Shown here piece after piece: positions 51,361 through 63,856 of a stretch of 64,000 nt of DNA. The stretch is taken from NCBI GenBank assembly GCA_028534125.1, contig CM052832.1:17052001-17116000 (forward strand), written 5' to 3'. Source of the DNA: Lama glama. Its lineage: Eukaryota. Positions within the stretch are counted from its first letter, which is position 1. Every line of letters begins with the position of its first letter. The translations under genes and the position numbers were made by a program. The notes beneath the pieces were generated by a model. It was not told where the DNA came from and did no database searches. It worked only from the letters and a program-made list of their open reading frames with translations.

Positions 51361-51839
51361 GGAAGAAACCCATAATAATCTCGAACTCTGGCATGCATCC
51401 TGGGTCTTGTTCTCCGTAGGTCATCTTGTCGTCCGGTTGGCTCTGTGTTTCCAAGCCTCTAGCCCATTTTACTTTTCCCAGATCACCCTGGAAACAAGGG
51501 CCATCCTTCTCTGAGTTAAACTTCGATCCCTCACTTGGCAACAGTGTAAAAAGATTTTCGTTGCGCGTTGTGGTGGTGAGGGTTACAGAGGAGGATGCAC
51601 CTTGGTCCTGAGATTAATTTTGGTTTCTGAGTATGAGGAAGTAGAAAAGACAGACAAGTTTGTCTTTGAAAGGGAAACTACATCCTCTCCCACTCTAGCC
51701 TAAACCAATCTTTGATGAGAATCAACATCTTTTCATACCTTTGAAAGGACGGTTATGTTCTGAGTCAGATTCACTCCAAAATATTGACGGTGGAAGACCA
51801 CACTTAGAGGATGTCTTTAAATTTCTTTAAAGTGTCAAC

Positions 51840-54000
51840 TTTTTTATTATGGAAAATTTCAAACATACAAGAAGTAGAGAAAAATAGTATGATGAACTTG
51901 TGCACCCATCTCCCCTTCAACAATGGTCAACTCATGACCAATTTTGTTTCATCAATTACCTCCCACTCATCCTCACCCTTTTCCCAGTGTGTTATTTTGA
52001 AGCAAATTCCAGACATATTTTATTGATAAAACTTCAGTATACAAAAAATTCCTTTTAAAAAAGCACAATTATCACATCCTAAAAGTGCACAACTCTTTAA
52101 TATAAATGTACAGTCAATGTTCACATTTCTATTGCACGTTTTAAAAATTAGATTGCAATTAATTTGTTCAAATCAGTATGCAAACAAGTCCACCACTTCA
52201 TTTGGTTGTTATGTCCTTTAAGTCTCTTTTAATCTATAGGTTCCCTTTCTTCCCCTACTCCCTGCCCCCATCCCCTTCTTTTTTTTTTTTTTTAATTTAT
52301 TTGATGAAGTAAACTTGTCCTTTGCTTGTGAATTTTCCCAAACTGGGATTTGCTGAATGCATCTCTGTAGCGTTATTAAAAATATTCTGATAGAGCCAGA
52401 ACCCTGATGGGTTCATCATTTTTGGCAAGTACACATCAAGTCGTTACTTCCCATTGTATTACATTGGAAGGCACGTAATGTTGGATTGTCTCTCTTTTTA
52501 TACTGTTAGGATTGATCGTTGGGTTTGGGTGTTGGCAGTCTGATTCATCATTGTAAGTTTCCCCACCAGCTTTTTCATACAATGTTTCTAGCAGCTGTTG
52601 ATGAATATTGCCTAGATCCATTATTTCATTCGATGTTACAAAAGAATGATATTCTTGCATCCTTCGTTTATTAGCTAGAGTTTGTATAAAGAACTGTCCT
52701 TCAACCATTTGGTTATCTTAGATATATTTGTACAAGAATGGTAGCATAGTTTACTATACAGAAATACTACAATACAGCTGTTTGAAAAAAAAAAAAAGAA
52801 TGGGAGCAGAAAAACTGAGTCTTTACTTACCAGTGTTCAGAAAGTTATATGGGTTCCTAGCATCCTCCAAAAATGACCAATGAGTTTATTTTTTAGTTAT
52901 CACAATGAACAGATGGATTTTTTTTGCATATTTGATGTTCTTCAATCAATTGCAGTTATTATCCTTATTCATGCTAAAAGTATCCCATCTTTAACCCTTC
53001 AAGTTGGCTCCTGAGTCATTTTTGACATGACCTCAGTAGCTTGCTCACAATCTGCTGTGACAAGATGCTCCAGGGTCATCTTGTATATTTTTTCTCCCAG
53101 ACCTAGAATTAAGCAGGTTTTTCAAGGAGCCATTTTGTTTTCGGTGGGAAATAATAACACCACCATCTGCGTGTAAGCAGTGCTTGCTCAGTGCATCTAA
53201 TTAGGCTATTATTATTAGGTCTTCTTTGTGATGGGAGATAAGGAATACATTTTATTTTGTTTTTTTTAAGAGAAAACGCATCATAAATTTACACCGATTT
53301 TCCATTCAAATTTGGGATCACTATGTTTTTATTTCTCTTCTTTTAGGTCATAATCATAAGACAAAACCTAATCCTTTCTTTTAGGTTGAAAATCTTGGTT
53401 CCTGGTAACATTAACATAATTGCTTATCTTCTTTATCCTACTATATATGTGTATATATGTACATGTACATAATCTATAATAGATTCATAAGAACAATAAA
53501 ATATTATTATCAAGATGACAACTGAAAATTTTAAGTTTTACTTACAGTTCTTTTTGTCATTAGACTATATCCCACTGAGGACATACAGCTAAATTATTGC
53601 ATTTTAAGGTCACTTAAAATAATTTCTAAGGAGTTACCAACTACAGAGAATTTAAGCTACCAACTGCATATGCAGTTAGGTTCATTTTGTCTTATTTTAA
53701 TTTAATTTTGTTTTATAATGATGTAAAACATTTACATGATTTCGAAGCCAAAAGTACAAAACAAAGTACATTTAGAAAAGACTAATTTCCATCCATTCTG
53801 CCCAGTTTTCCTTTCCCCCCATTGGTGGGAGGGGGAGGTTTCTGTTAGGTTTTGGTTTATCCTTCCACTTAAAAAAATAAATATGTCAAAATGTATATTT
53901 ACATTTCTTCTTTTTCTAGGTGAAATGAGCATACTGTAGGCACTGTTGTTCTCTACCTTGTTTTTTCACTTAATATATGCTGGAGGTCATCCTATGGTAA
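51840..54000 (-). mobile_element. old LINE-1 (L1MC/MD-like) 3' fragments
   Basis: tttttattatggaaaatttcaaacatacaagaagtagagaaaaatagtatgatgaac... and a long AT-rich antisense L1 3' UTR-like stretch. Confidence 0.65.
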
Positions 54001-54578
54001 TACATAGACAGTCCTCATTTGCAAAATGGCTAGAAGGCAAGGGGGCAAGCCTGGCTGAGTCACCTGGGGAGACGATATCCAGCAGTCCAGAATCACGTTT
54101 TTCGAACCCCAAAAGGATGAGTTCTAGATAGGCCAAGCCTGCGTACACACTTACAGGCTTCGGTGAGTGAGCTGGAGGGGAATGAGTTGCCCGGTCCTCT
54201 GTATCTGCATCTCAACCAGGATGCAGCTGGATGCTTTTTCATCGCGAAATTTTCAACCATCACCTATCAATTTCCATTTGCGTTATTTCCAGTCTTGTTC
54301 TATCACAACCAGTGCTACAATAAGCAGCCTCGTGTGGAGTCTTTTCGTGTATCTGAAGTTTTTCCCTCGACCTAGACATATGGGGGAGGGGGGACTGAAA
54401 GAAAAAAGGAGAATTTAAAGTGGGTCACAGACATCAGAACTGGATCAGGAAGCCCGAAGAGTGTAACCTTCTCAAAGGGCTCCTGGAAGTCTAGCTTCAA
54501 CCTTACCTACCAGCTGCACTACATCCCAAAGTGAGGGGGTAACGGGAAATAGACGGAGAGGAAGGTAAAGGAATAACT

Positions 54579-55113
54579 CTAGGGTCTCAGGATGATCTGG
54601 GTGCTGGGAAACAGGAGCCATAAAAAGGGGAAGATCTTCCCCAAGGAGGCCTGGAAGGTGTAAATGTGGTTGCTCATGGTGGCGTTGTAGAAGACGTCCT
54701 CCCTGCACTTGTGATTCATGCGGACGCCCACTTTACTGGCACAGAGCGAGAGATCTTCCCGGGGGCTGGCCTTGGTGAGCGCCTGGCACGCGGAGCCCGC
54801 GACGCGCAGCGCCCGGAAGCCGGTCATGGGCTCCATCACGGGCTCCATCACCAGCATGCCCCTCCGCTGTACCGACTCCGAGGCCACGCCCACCACGCAG
54901 CCCCGCCCCTGGGCCCTTGGAGCTCCGCCTCCCAGCTCTGGAAGCCGGAGGAGAGTCCCTGCAAGCCCAGAACACAGCGGAACCGACAGAAACGCGCGAG
55001 GTCGGCGGGCTCAGTCCAGCTGGTCTCGGAAACCGGGTCCAACATCACTATCTTCAGATCCTGAGAAGTTATGAGGTCTGGGTGAACCGAGGTAGCATCG
55101 AAGATCACTGGGG
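54579..55113 (-). pseudogene. TRIM31: TRIM31-type terminal PRY-SPRY (B30.2) exon, frameshifted
   Basis: Acceptor ttcctgcag at 55114. Frame 1: PVIFDATSVHPDLITSQDLK...RFCRFRCVLGLQGLSSGFQSWEAEL. After a 1-nt shift at about 54900-54910: CVVGVASESVQRRG...KVGVRMNH...FYNATMSNHIYTFQ...IFPFL*. The symbol rests on strand and position between RNF39 and TRIM40. Confidence 0.72.
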
Positions 55114-56465
55114 CTGCAGGAAGATGAGGAGGAGAAAGAAGGGCAACCCCAGATCAAGTCTTCCAGTCCCCTACCTCTTAGTGTCCTCTTTCTCTACCAG
55201 TCACAGTTCTCTTTGCCCCAGAGAAGTCCTGGCACCCCTCCCCCTCCTTGAAGTTAATCCCTAAATTTCATCATATGCTGCTCTGTGGGTGCTCTCCACT
55301 GGTGGTGAGGGGGTATCATTTCAACACTCAAAGCTGAGACTATCTCCTCTTCCTTCCCCTTTTCCTGTGGTTCTCATATCTAGAACAAGATTTGAAGCTT
55401 GTGTAAGAGATGTCGAGGCTCAGACTGAGCTAAATCACTGTCTTAGTGATTTTCTAAAATGCAGCCCCTCAAAGACAGGGAGGAATGGAGGATTGGAATA
55501 TAGAAGGCGAAATAGCCCCCATCTCACCACACACACACATTTTGAATTGGATTTGGACATTGAGTCATAGTTTATCAAGGCTAGGAGGCCCCCATCCCCC
55601 GTCTACAATGGCTTGTGTAGCTGTGGTTCCAGTCTTTGCTAAAGGCTTAGGAATGGGGGCTGCATTCTATCTCTTGAATTCTTATCTAATCTCACTCCCT
55701 CCTACTGAAATTACTTAATTGTCCCTTGCTGGATGGGGATAGGAGGGAGTGGGAGAGATGGAAGATGTGGGATTGTGGGGAAAAGGAGAAAGAGTGGCCA
55801 GGTTCATGGGGATGAATTAGGTGGATCGTGACCCAGGCAGTCTTTGCTGGTCTCTAGATTCCAACCTGGATGAATGGATTGTAGGTAGTTTTAAAAAATG
55901 TTAAAAAGAAGCAGAAAAAAAAAAGAGGGGTCAACTATAGTGACTTCCTTTATCCACCAGGCGGCACCACAGCCAAAGCAATAAGCAGAAGCCAGCGCTG
56001 GGGTTTCCAGGTTGTCTTCCTCTTTTTGCTGAAGAACACCAGCTTCCTTCTCCAAGTCCTCCCCACCACCCCATCTCCGTTCTCACTAGCCTCGGCCTCT
56101 CTTCCACGCTCTACTGAGTCAGGGACTCTTGACTGCTCTCAGCGCCTCAGTGCCACCTTGAGCTCTTCAATCTAGGCCCCTCCAGCGCTCCCGGGGTTTT
56201 CAGAGCTGGCTTGCTTTGGTAAATATGAAGCAAAAGAGGCCCTGTTTCTGCTCCGGAATAGGAGCTGCAATGAAACTGAGAGTGTGGGTATTGGTGGTGC
56301 TGGTTTAGTTGTCCCGTCACCTTTGAGGGAGAAGGAGAGGAGAAAAGGGTGGTCGGTGGGAGCAAGGTAGCAATAATCCCCCATGAGCAGGAAGTGCTGC
56401 AGAGCTGTAGACACAGCAAGAGGGGTAAAGGTTAGACGCAGAGAAAGTGAAACCCTGCCCGTTAC

Positions 56466-56901
56466 CGTTAACAGAAGCTGGGGACTAACAGAAATTCTTG
56501 AGCTTGTCTTACAGAACCACAGCTAAGGGAACAGCTTGTTAAAAACCCCTTTGCTTGTAAACTGCCTTCACTGATTAAGCTTGCTTTAGTTATTTTTTCC
56601 CTCTCTTTAATTGCATACCCTCCAAGCTTCATGTAGCCTAGGTAGTATATCACAAGACTCATTAGCCAGCCCTAGATAACACCTCTGACATACGCGTTGC
56701 TATAGTAACTTAAGTTGTTTTTTAGGAACTTGGAATCAGCTCTTGTCAAGTTCGAGCTGGCTAAGACTGGTTGGGACCACCAACGCTAAAACTGGGCCTG
56801 TGCAGGTGTCTGATCAACTTTTGACATCAGAGGGCCAAAAACTCCACCCTCAGATTATGCTAAGCACACCCATTTTTTAACATGTGTCCCATGAAGAAGC
56901 A
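56466..56901 (+). mobile_element. ERV LTR truncated by the gap
   Basis: LTR-like sequence (taacagaagctgggg...aactgggcctgtgcaggtgtc...aaaactccaccctcagattatgctaa) running into the N gap. Confidence 0.55.
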
Positions 56902-57401
56902 NNNNNNNNNNNNNNNNNNNNNNNNNNNNNNNNNNNNNNNNNNNNNNNNNNNNNNNNNNNNNNNNNNNNNNNNNNNNNNNNNNNNNNNNNNNNNNNNNNN
57001 NNNNNNNNNNNNNNNNNNNNNNNNNNNNNNNNNNNNNNNNNNNNNNNNNNNNNNNNNNNNNNNNNNNNNNNNNNNNNNNNNNNNNNNNNNNNNNNNNNNN
57101 NNNNNNNNNNNNNNNNNNNNNNNNNNNNNNNNNNNNNNNNNNNNNNNNNNNNNNNNNNNNNNNNNNNNNNNNNNNNNNNNNNNNNNNNNNNNNNNNNNNN
57201 NNNNNNNNNNNNNNNNNNNNNNNNNNNNNNNNNNNNNNNNNNNNNNNNNNNNNNNNNNNNNNNNNNNNNNNNNNNNNNNNNNNNNNNNNNNNNNNNNNNN
57301 NNNNNNNNNNNNNNNNNNNNNNNNNNNNNNNNNNNNNNNNNNNNNNNNNNNNNNNNNNNNNNNNNNNNNNNNNNNNNNNNNNNNNNNNNNNNNNNNNNNN
57401 N
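56902..57401. other. assembly gap (500 N)
   Basis: Run of N. Confidence 0.99.
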
Positions 57402-58100
57402 TGGATAACAATTTTGTAGCAAATTTTCTCTGGTGAGAATGAATCATTTGGTATTTCCTTTAGTATGGTTAATACATTTTTTAAATTGAAAGTTTAGAAA
57501 AGTTTATTTCAGTTTCACACTCATTATTGGTAATAATATATCAATTTTTAGTTTGTAAATTTGGGGAAACTTCTGTCAAAATTTCTTATGCAAGCGCTAA
57601 GATTTCAGGACAATTCAAATTTTCTTGGACAGTGACTAATCTTAACTCTTTAAATAGCTAAAGTTCAACGGCCTGTTTATTGTTAATTCCTTGTTATAAA
57701 AGGATATTATGAATTCTAGATTATCTTTGTAGATGCCAATATTTCACACCAAATCAACAAGATATTTTTTATTCTTATTTTTTATTGAAGTGTAGTCAAT
57801 TTACAATGTTAGTTTCAGGTGTATAGCAAAGTGATTCAGTTATACATATTCATACTTTTTTTTTAGTTTCTTTTTCCGTTACAGGAAATTTTTTTTTTTT
57901 TACTGAGATGTGTTTATAGGTTCATTCTTCTTTGTCAGTTGATTATCAAAAAATCTAGGAATCTATTCTTTACTTCTGCTTAAAATCGATCTCTTCTCCT
58001 CAATTACTGATTTTGGTTTGATCAGATTTTTTTTTCCAAATCACTTTTTGATGTCAGAATGACTTCTATTGATTCCATGTAGAAATATGTAAAATTTTTT
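57402..58100 (-). mobile_element. hAT (Tip100/Zaphod-like) transposase relic interrupted by an L1 3' fragment (about 57770-57885)
   Basis: Minus strand 57530-57487 reads PIM-(S)CETEINFSKLS with one indel, resembling the hAT C-terminal dimerisation motif (S..AER.FS.L); TEVSPNL-like segment upstream. Confidence 0.5.
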
Positions 58101-61100
58101 TCTTTTGTTGTGTATACATACTTGTATATGTTACCTTGCTAAATATATTCCTGGAGAAAAGGACTTCAGGAAGTCATTTTGACTCATTTTGACTAGATGG
58201 TGATGAGACTAAATCCTACACTTACAATTTTCGACATCTGGGGGTTGGAAGGATCTACTGGCTCTGCTGTGCACAGAGTTCTGGTGCCTCATGTCACAGG
58301 ACACGTTCTTTTGATGACACATCCTCACTTGGCACTTCAGTCTCTGATGTCAGGTGAGTTGTTTCAGTGGATGCTAGAGGTGTTCCTGGAAGCCATTTCT
58401 ACACTGAGACACCTACCAATAACTTACAAACTTACTAAGCAATAACTTGTGAATGTTAGTAAACCCAAACAATGGAAGCCAAACTTAATTTCTTTTTAGC
58501 CAAATCTTGTCCCCAAAAGCTACCTGATACAAGGGAAGATGTGACGGAGGGAAGTTGGAGTGGAAAGAGACAGCAATCTTAACCATGGGTAAAATAAATT
58601 ACTTCTGCAAATTTTGCAAAAGAGTGTGGTCATGTCAACACATTACTAGGGCGATCCCAGGGCACCGGGAAAGGTCAAAGCACGTGAGGAGCTTCATGGT
58701 TGATGGTCATTTGTATACTCTGCCACTGCAGCAAGCTTTTCTCTGAAGTCTTCTCTCTGCTGGGGTCTTCCTTCTGCTTGCCCCCCGACTCTCTGCCTTA
58801 CCTAATACACTCTCTGCCCTTGCTGGCTCCTTTTCATTCTTCTCTGTACCTCAGTGAGTTTGGAAGTTCATAAATTTCCCTATGTTATTAATTGTGTAGC
58901 TCCATCCTTTTTGTTGAAACAAGTGTGTCCAACCAAGTAATGACAGTAAGTCTTCCACTCAGGGTGGATTCAGCCCTTTCTGCAACCTCTACAACCAAGG
59001 AGTCCCTACAGATCCATCTGGCTGTGCTTCTCGGGAGAAGCTGTTCTGTAGGACTCAAAATAAGGACTCTTTATCAACCTGGTGAATGACCAATAGCCAG
59101 GACGTGCTCCATGCCATTGCGTAGAATCCACGAGTTCCACCAAGGACGTGTTCCTTTCACTAGCAGCTCCTCAGTCCTCTGCTGAATTCTCCATGTCTCC
59201 TGCTCCTCACTCCCAACTTTTTTTTCATAATCTTAGAGCAGATAGCTTAAAGTTCCATATTAGATATTCTGTTTTTTAAATTCCTTGGCTGCTTCTGCCA
59301 CAGGACATTTTTCACAGGCAAGCTCTCTTCCTTGGTTGCCTGCATTCTGCTGTCCCGTGGCTATGCCCTGGGCTATACCGCCTCTTCCTTTTACAGTTTT
59401 ATGCCCCCCTTCCCTTCCTCCCTCCCTCTCCAGAGCTAGCTCTTCACAGCCAGCTATTTCTTGCTCTGAGGAATTACAAGAACCAGATTTGAAGCTGTCA
59501 TTTTTAATGAAATGTCCCAGTGCTCTGAGTCATGGTAGATTCTGCCTCCCAGAGAGGTGAAAATAAAGCTCTGTTCTGTTTTGGGAGACAACACCACCTA
59601 CTGCCCACTGAGAGACAGCTGCCAAACGCACAGCTGAAGGACCCTTTCCGTTTCCTCTTCTGGGTTGGGTGGCAGATAATCTAGGTAAGAATAATTTAGA
59701 AAGTATATTGAATTAGAGATGGTGATGAGACATTCAAGGATGCACAGGAATTTAAACTCAGTAAGGACATCAAGAGCATAGGTGAAGATCTGGATGGAAC
59801 TGGGGCTCTGGGAGGTTATAGGACCTGCTTAAGTTTAACAGCTGCAAATTGGCAAAGTGGAGATCTGAATCTTGTCCATCTGCCTTCGACGTCCACGTAG
59901 CTCTACCTCATTTTCTAGGAGGGAGTGGATCTCCTTTAATGAATGGTTGGAGAGGTGAAAGGAAACCCAGGAACCAGCGGAGATGAGAATTTCGAGGAAG
60001 GGACTGCTGATGATCTCATGCCTCAGAGTCATCAGTTTGGATGTGGGCTGAGAAAACATCACTAGGATTTGAGTTTTGGGTTTAGTTGGAGACTTTTGAA
60101 AGAGTGACTTAAGATGCCTAGCAATGGGCTAGGGATCAGAGGGTAAGCAAAACGGGAAGACATAGCCTCACCTCTCACATAGCTAAGCATGAACCAAAGT
60201 TAGGGAAGTTGACAGAAATGTAACGGTAATCAGTTTAGAGGTGGTACAGGAAAGGGAAAGGTGCTTATAGACCTGAAAGCCCCTCTGACACCTCTGTGCA
60301 AATTAGATGGACCCTCCCCTTCCTCAGTGCCGACACTGCCCTGTGCCAAGGTCCATGGTTTGGTAAGTAGACTGTGGGCTGGGTCTCAGCCCTGACTCAC
60401 CACCTCTCCAGGCTGCTCTGGTACAGTGAACAACCTGCCCAGCTGTAAGTGGAGGCCCTGGAAGGAGGAAGATTGAGTAGTTAGGAAGGTTTCATGCAGG
60501 AAACCGGGACATGAGCTGGGCTTAACCTGATATGAAGAGTTTAGAGCAGCTGCAAGAAGAGGTAGGAGGGCTTCTCTGCCAGGGAGTGTCAGAGCAGAGG
60601 CAGGAGAGAAGCAATGAAAGAGAAGGAAAAGATGCAAATCACCTGACTCCTGGCTCCAAAATTTTAAAATAGATGAAATTAGGTAAGATCACTCATTCAA
60701 AAAATTATCAAGCATCTGCTATATGCAAAGAGCTATGCTGAACGGGCTGTGAAGCAGGGGAATAATAATAACTCCTAATAATTGTGCACTGGTTTGTAAT
60801 ATATAAAGCACACCTATTCCCAGATATGACATTTGATCTGCTTTCCTGGGAAGGAGGCCCAGGTTGTGGCTGTCCCAGAACATGAAGCTCCAACTCTCAG
60901 AATTAGGACCATAATCCAGGTCTTTTAAGTAATCCAGAATTCCTTTCATTGTAGCCACTGATTCTTCCTCTTCTTTAAATTTAAGTAATTATTTAAATAG
61001 ATGATACCCTTACTTGGTTCCAAATTGAAAAGTTACAATGGGAACATAGATGACAGTACCCCCCTCCCCACTCCTGTTCTTCATTCATCCAGACATCTAA

Positions 61101-63856
61101 TTTCAGTGCCATTTTAATTTGAATTTTCTTCCAATAGTTTACATATTCATATGAGAGAGATTGAGTTTCTTTTCATATGGCTAGAGACACTGTTTTTTCC
61201 TCTGACATGTCTGTTCATTTTCTCTGCCAAGTTTCATACTTGGTAGCTAATAACTTTTTTTTATTTGTAAACACTCTTTATACATTAGAGAAATTAGCCC
61301 TTTGATATTGATGGTAGTTGTAAACATGTTTTCTTTATACATTTTCATTTGTCATTTGTCTCTTGACATTGCTTCCGTAATTTTTTCCCTGCCATGCAGA
61401 TCTTTTAAAACATAGTTGTGTTTATGTCCATTCTTTTATGATGTCTATGTTTGAATCATTTTTAAGTTAGTGTTAACTTAAAGACAGTAGGTCCCTGCCT
61501 TCAAGGTGCTCGTTAAGGCAGCAGGAAAACCAAGAAAAGTACCTAAAAGACTATGATAGAAATTACCATATGGTCAGTACTCCAAGGTGGTACAAATGGC
61601 TATTTCTTCATCTGCTGACCCAAAATCCAATTACCAATCTATCTATCCATTCACCTGTTCATTTATTAAGGCTTTACTAACTCCTTCTAAGGGCAATAAA
61701 ATGTATGAAAAGATGACATTTTGTGACGATGAAGCATGTGGGCGAGGATGACAGACATCCGGGTCCAAATCCCAACTCCCTGTTTACCCCTCTGCTGCTT
61801 TGGGCATGTTACTTAATCTCTCTACATCTTTGTTTCTCACATTTTCTCATGGGATATAGCAAATGTGGAATGTGGAAGGGTCAAGGAATAGAGACTGATG
61901 GGCAGATATGGTAGTAAGACGCTTAGGGAGACAGCTGTCAGACGAGTCCAATGCCTCTAACTGTGATTTCAGGTGGTGAGGTCTGTTCTGACAAGGACCA
62001 GTGAATGGTCAGCGGGGTGGGCAGCAAAAATAAAGGTCATTGGATGTGAGCAAATCAAGTTGCTGAAGGATCTCAGTGTTGATGGTCATCCACATAGTCC
62101 TTGAAATCACCCAGGAGGATGGCAGGATGTGGGGTAAGGAAGAGCCTGCAAGCCTTGATGAATCGTCCTCAATGACTCATCCTCAGTGAATCAAGGGAGA
62201 TGGCTCCGTGGAGGACAGCATGGAACAGCAAGAACGTGGATGACCAGAGCTCTACAAACAGATATTTTTATCTGACTCTTGGTGATCAAGCTCAGGAGGT
62301 GGTGGTATGGAGTGAGGAAGGTGCCCACCTCACCCCGACCCGGAGACTCAAGGGAGCGCTCTCCCTTGAGAAGAAAGCCAAGGAACTGTGACTTTGGAGA
62401 AAGTGACTTTTTATTAATAACACCACAGCCGACAGTGGACAAGTGGGATTAAGGAAAGATACTATGGAGTGAGAGCTGAACAAGAATGTTGGACCTTTCA
62501 AAGCCTGAGCAGGCAGCTGTCATTAGTGTTACCCACTGCAGACTCCCCCAGTGTCAGTGCTGAGACCAGCCTGACTGGAGGGAAATTGGAAGAAAGTAGG
62601 GTGGGCAGTTGGTGTTCCGACATGATGAGCAGATGCCATGGTCCTGTGACACCTCGATCCCGAAGTACTGGCATCTGGGGGTCTGGGAGGTCTCCAGTCT
62701 GTGCGCTGACTCTCACTTCATATCATATTTACATCAGAGGCGCCAAGACTTTCCTCCTCCCCGTGCGCAAACAAGCCACACCTTTCACCAACCAAAGTCC
62801 ATCTCGCCTTTCAGCTACCCTAGATTGGTCACGCAGCCGTGGAGAGGATGGGCCTCTTCACCTTTCCTCCCGTTTTACTAACACGTGAGTGTATATAATC
62901 AGCAGAGTTTAAAAAGAACCATTCACCTGCTGGCCATCTCTCCAGATCTGGAGCCTGAGAAAATAACCTGAGGTCATAGCAGGAGAAGTTGAGGTAAGAT
63001 CCCAAGAGAGCTTCTCTGAAGGAGGACTAGGCAAGAGGCTTGGGGATGAGGAAAGAGAAGTGAATGCCCAGTGTTTCAGGGAAGAGAGAACAGGGAGTAT
63101 TTCCTCCTTTGGGTCATCTTTGGAGATGATTTGAAAGTCAGGGAAAGGGTATGTTCAAATATTACACAGCTCTCTGGTCTGCTCTGTGTCCGGGTCTCTT
63201 TCTCTTTCCCTTTCCTTGTAGAATTTGTACAACCCTGAAGAGGATGCTGGTTGGGAGAATGAACAGCCGACAGAGATGCTGTTGCAAATGGTTGGGTAGT
63301 GGTTGATAGCAGTAGTCACATTCTTAGAGTGTGACCGTGCGCCTTCAAGCATCACAGGGTGGGAGAGGACACCCCATTTCCTGCCAGATTCTCTCAATTG
63401 AGGGCAAATCAGAGAAGACTTTCAAGTTTTTGATGCTCTGGTTTCTGACCAGGACACTCTGGCCTTTTAATTTTGAGCTGTAAAAATATTCACAGAAAGC
63501 TCTGAAGAGGGAAATCGAATTGGTTTTTGAATCACCTGCTTCCTCCAGGTGTATGAAAAATAAAGAATGATGTCTAGTAAAGACAAGGAAACTAGAGGGC
63601 ACATGTCAAAGCTGATGATTTATTTCTGAAACTCGTGCAGCATGGTGGTTTCTGTGGTCCGTGCTACGGCTCCATTGATGGAGAGCGGGCCGTTGCCTGA
63701 AGTTGGAGAGCTGAGTTGTGTCCTCTAAGCTGCTCCAGGGCTGCCTCCTTCCAGCAGGGCCACCTTCTCTGGACTGTCTAGTGCGGCAGAACTTCCAAAG
63801 CACCAGTGGGGAAGGAGGCCCTATAGGCTGGCGGCTGGTAGTGTATGGTGGAGCCC

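Noticed and set aside
56157..56264. 108-nt minus-strand segment with a cag acceptor, a possible penultimate TRIM31 exon
   Set aside because: Weak donor (gtggca), two stops in the phase needed to join the SPRY exon, and no homology I can recognise. It may be a decayed exon but cannot be supported.
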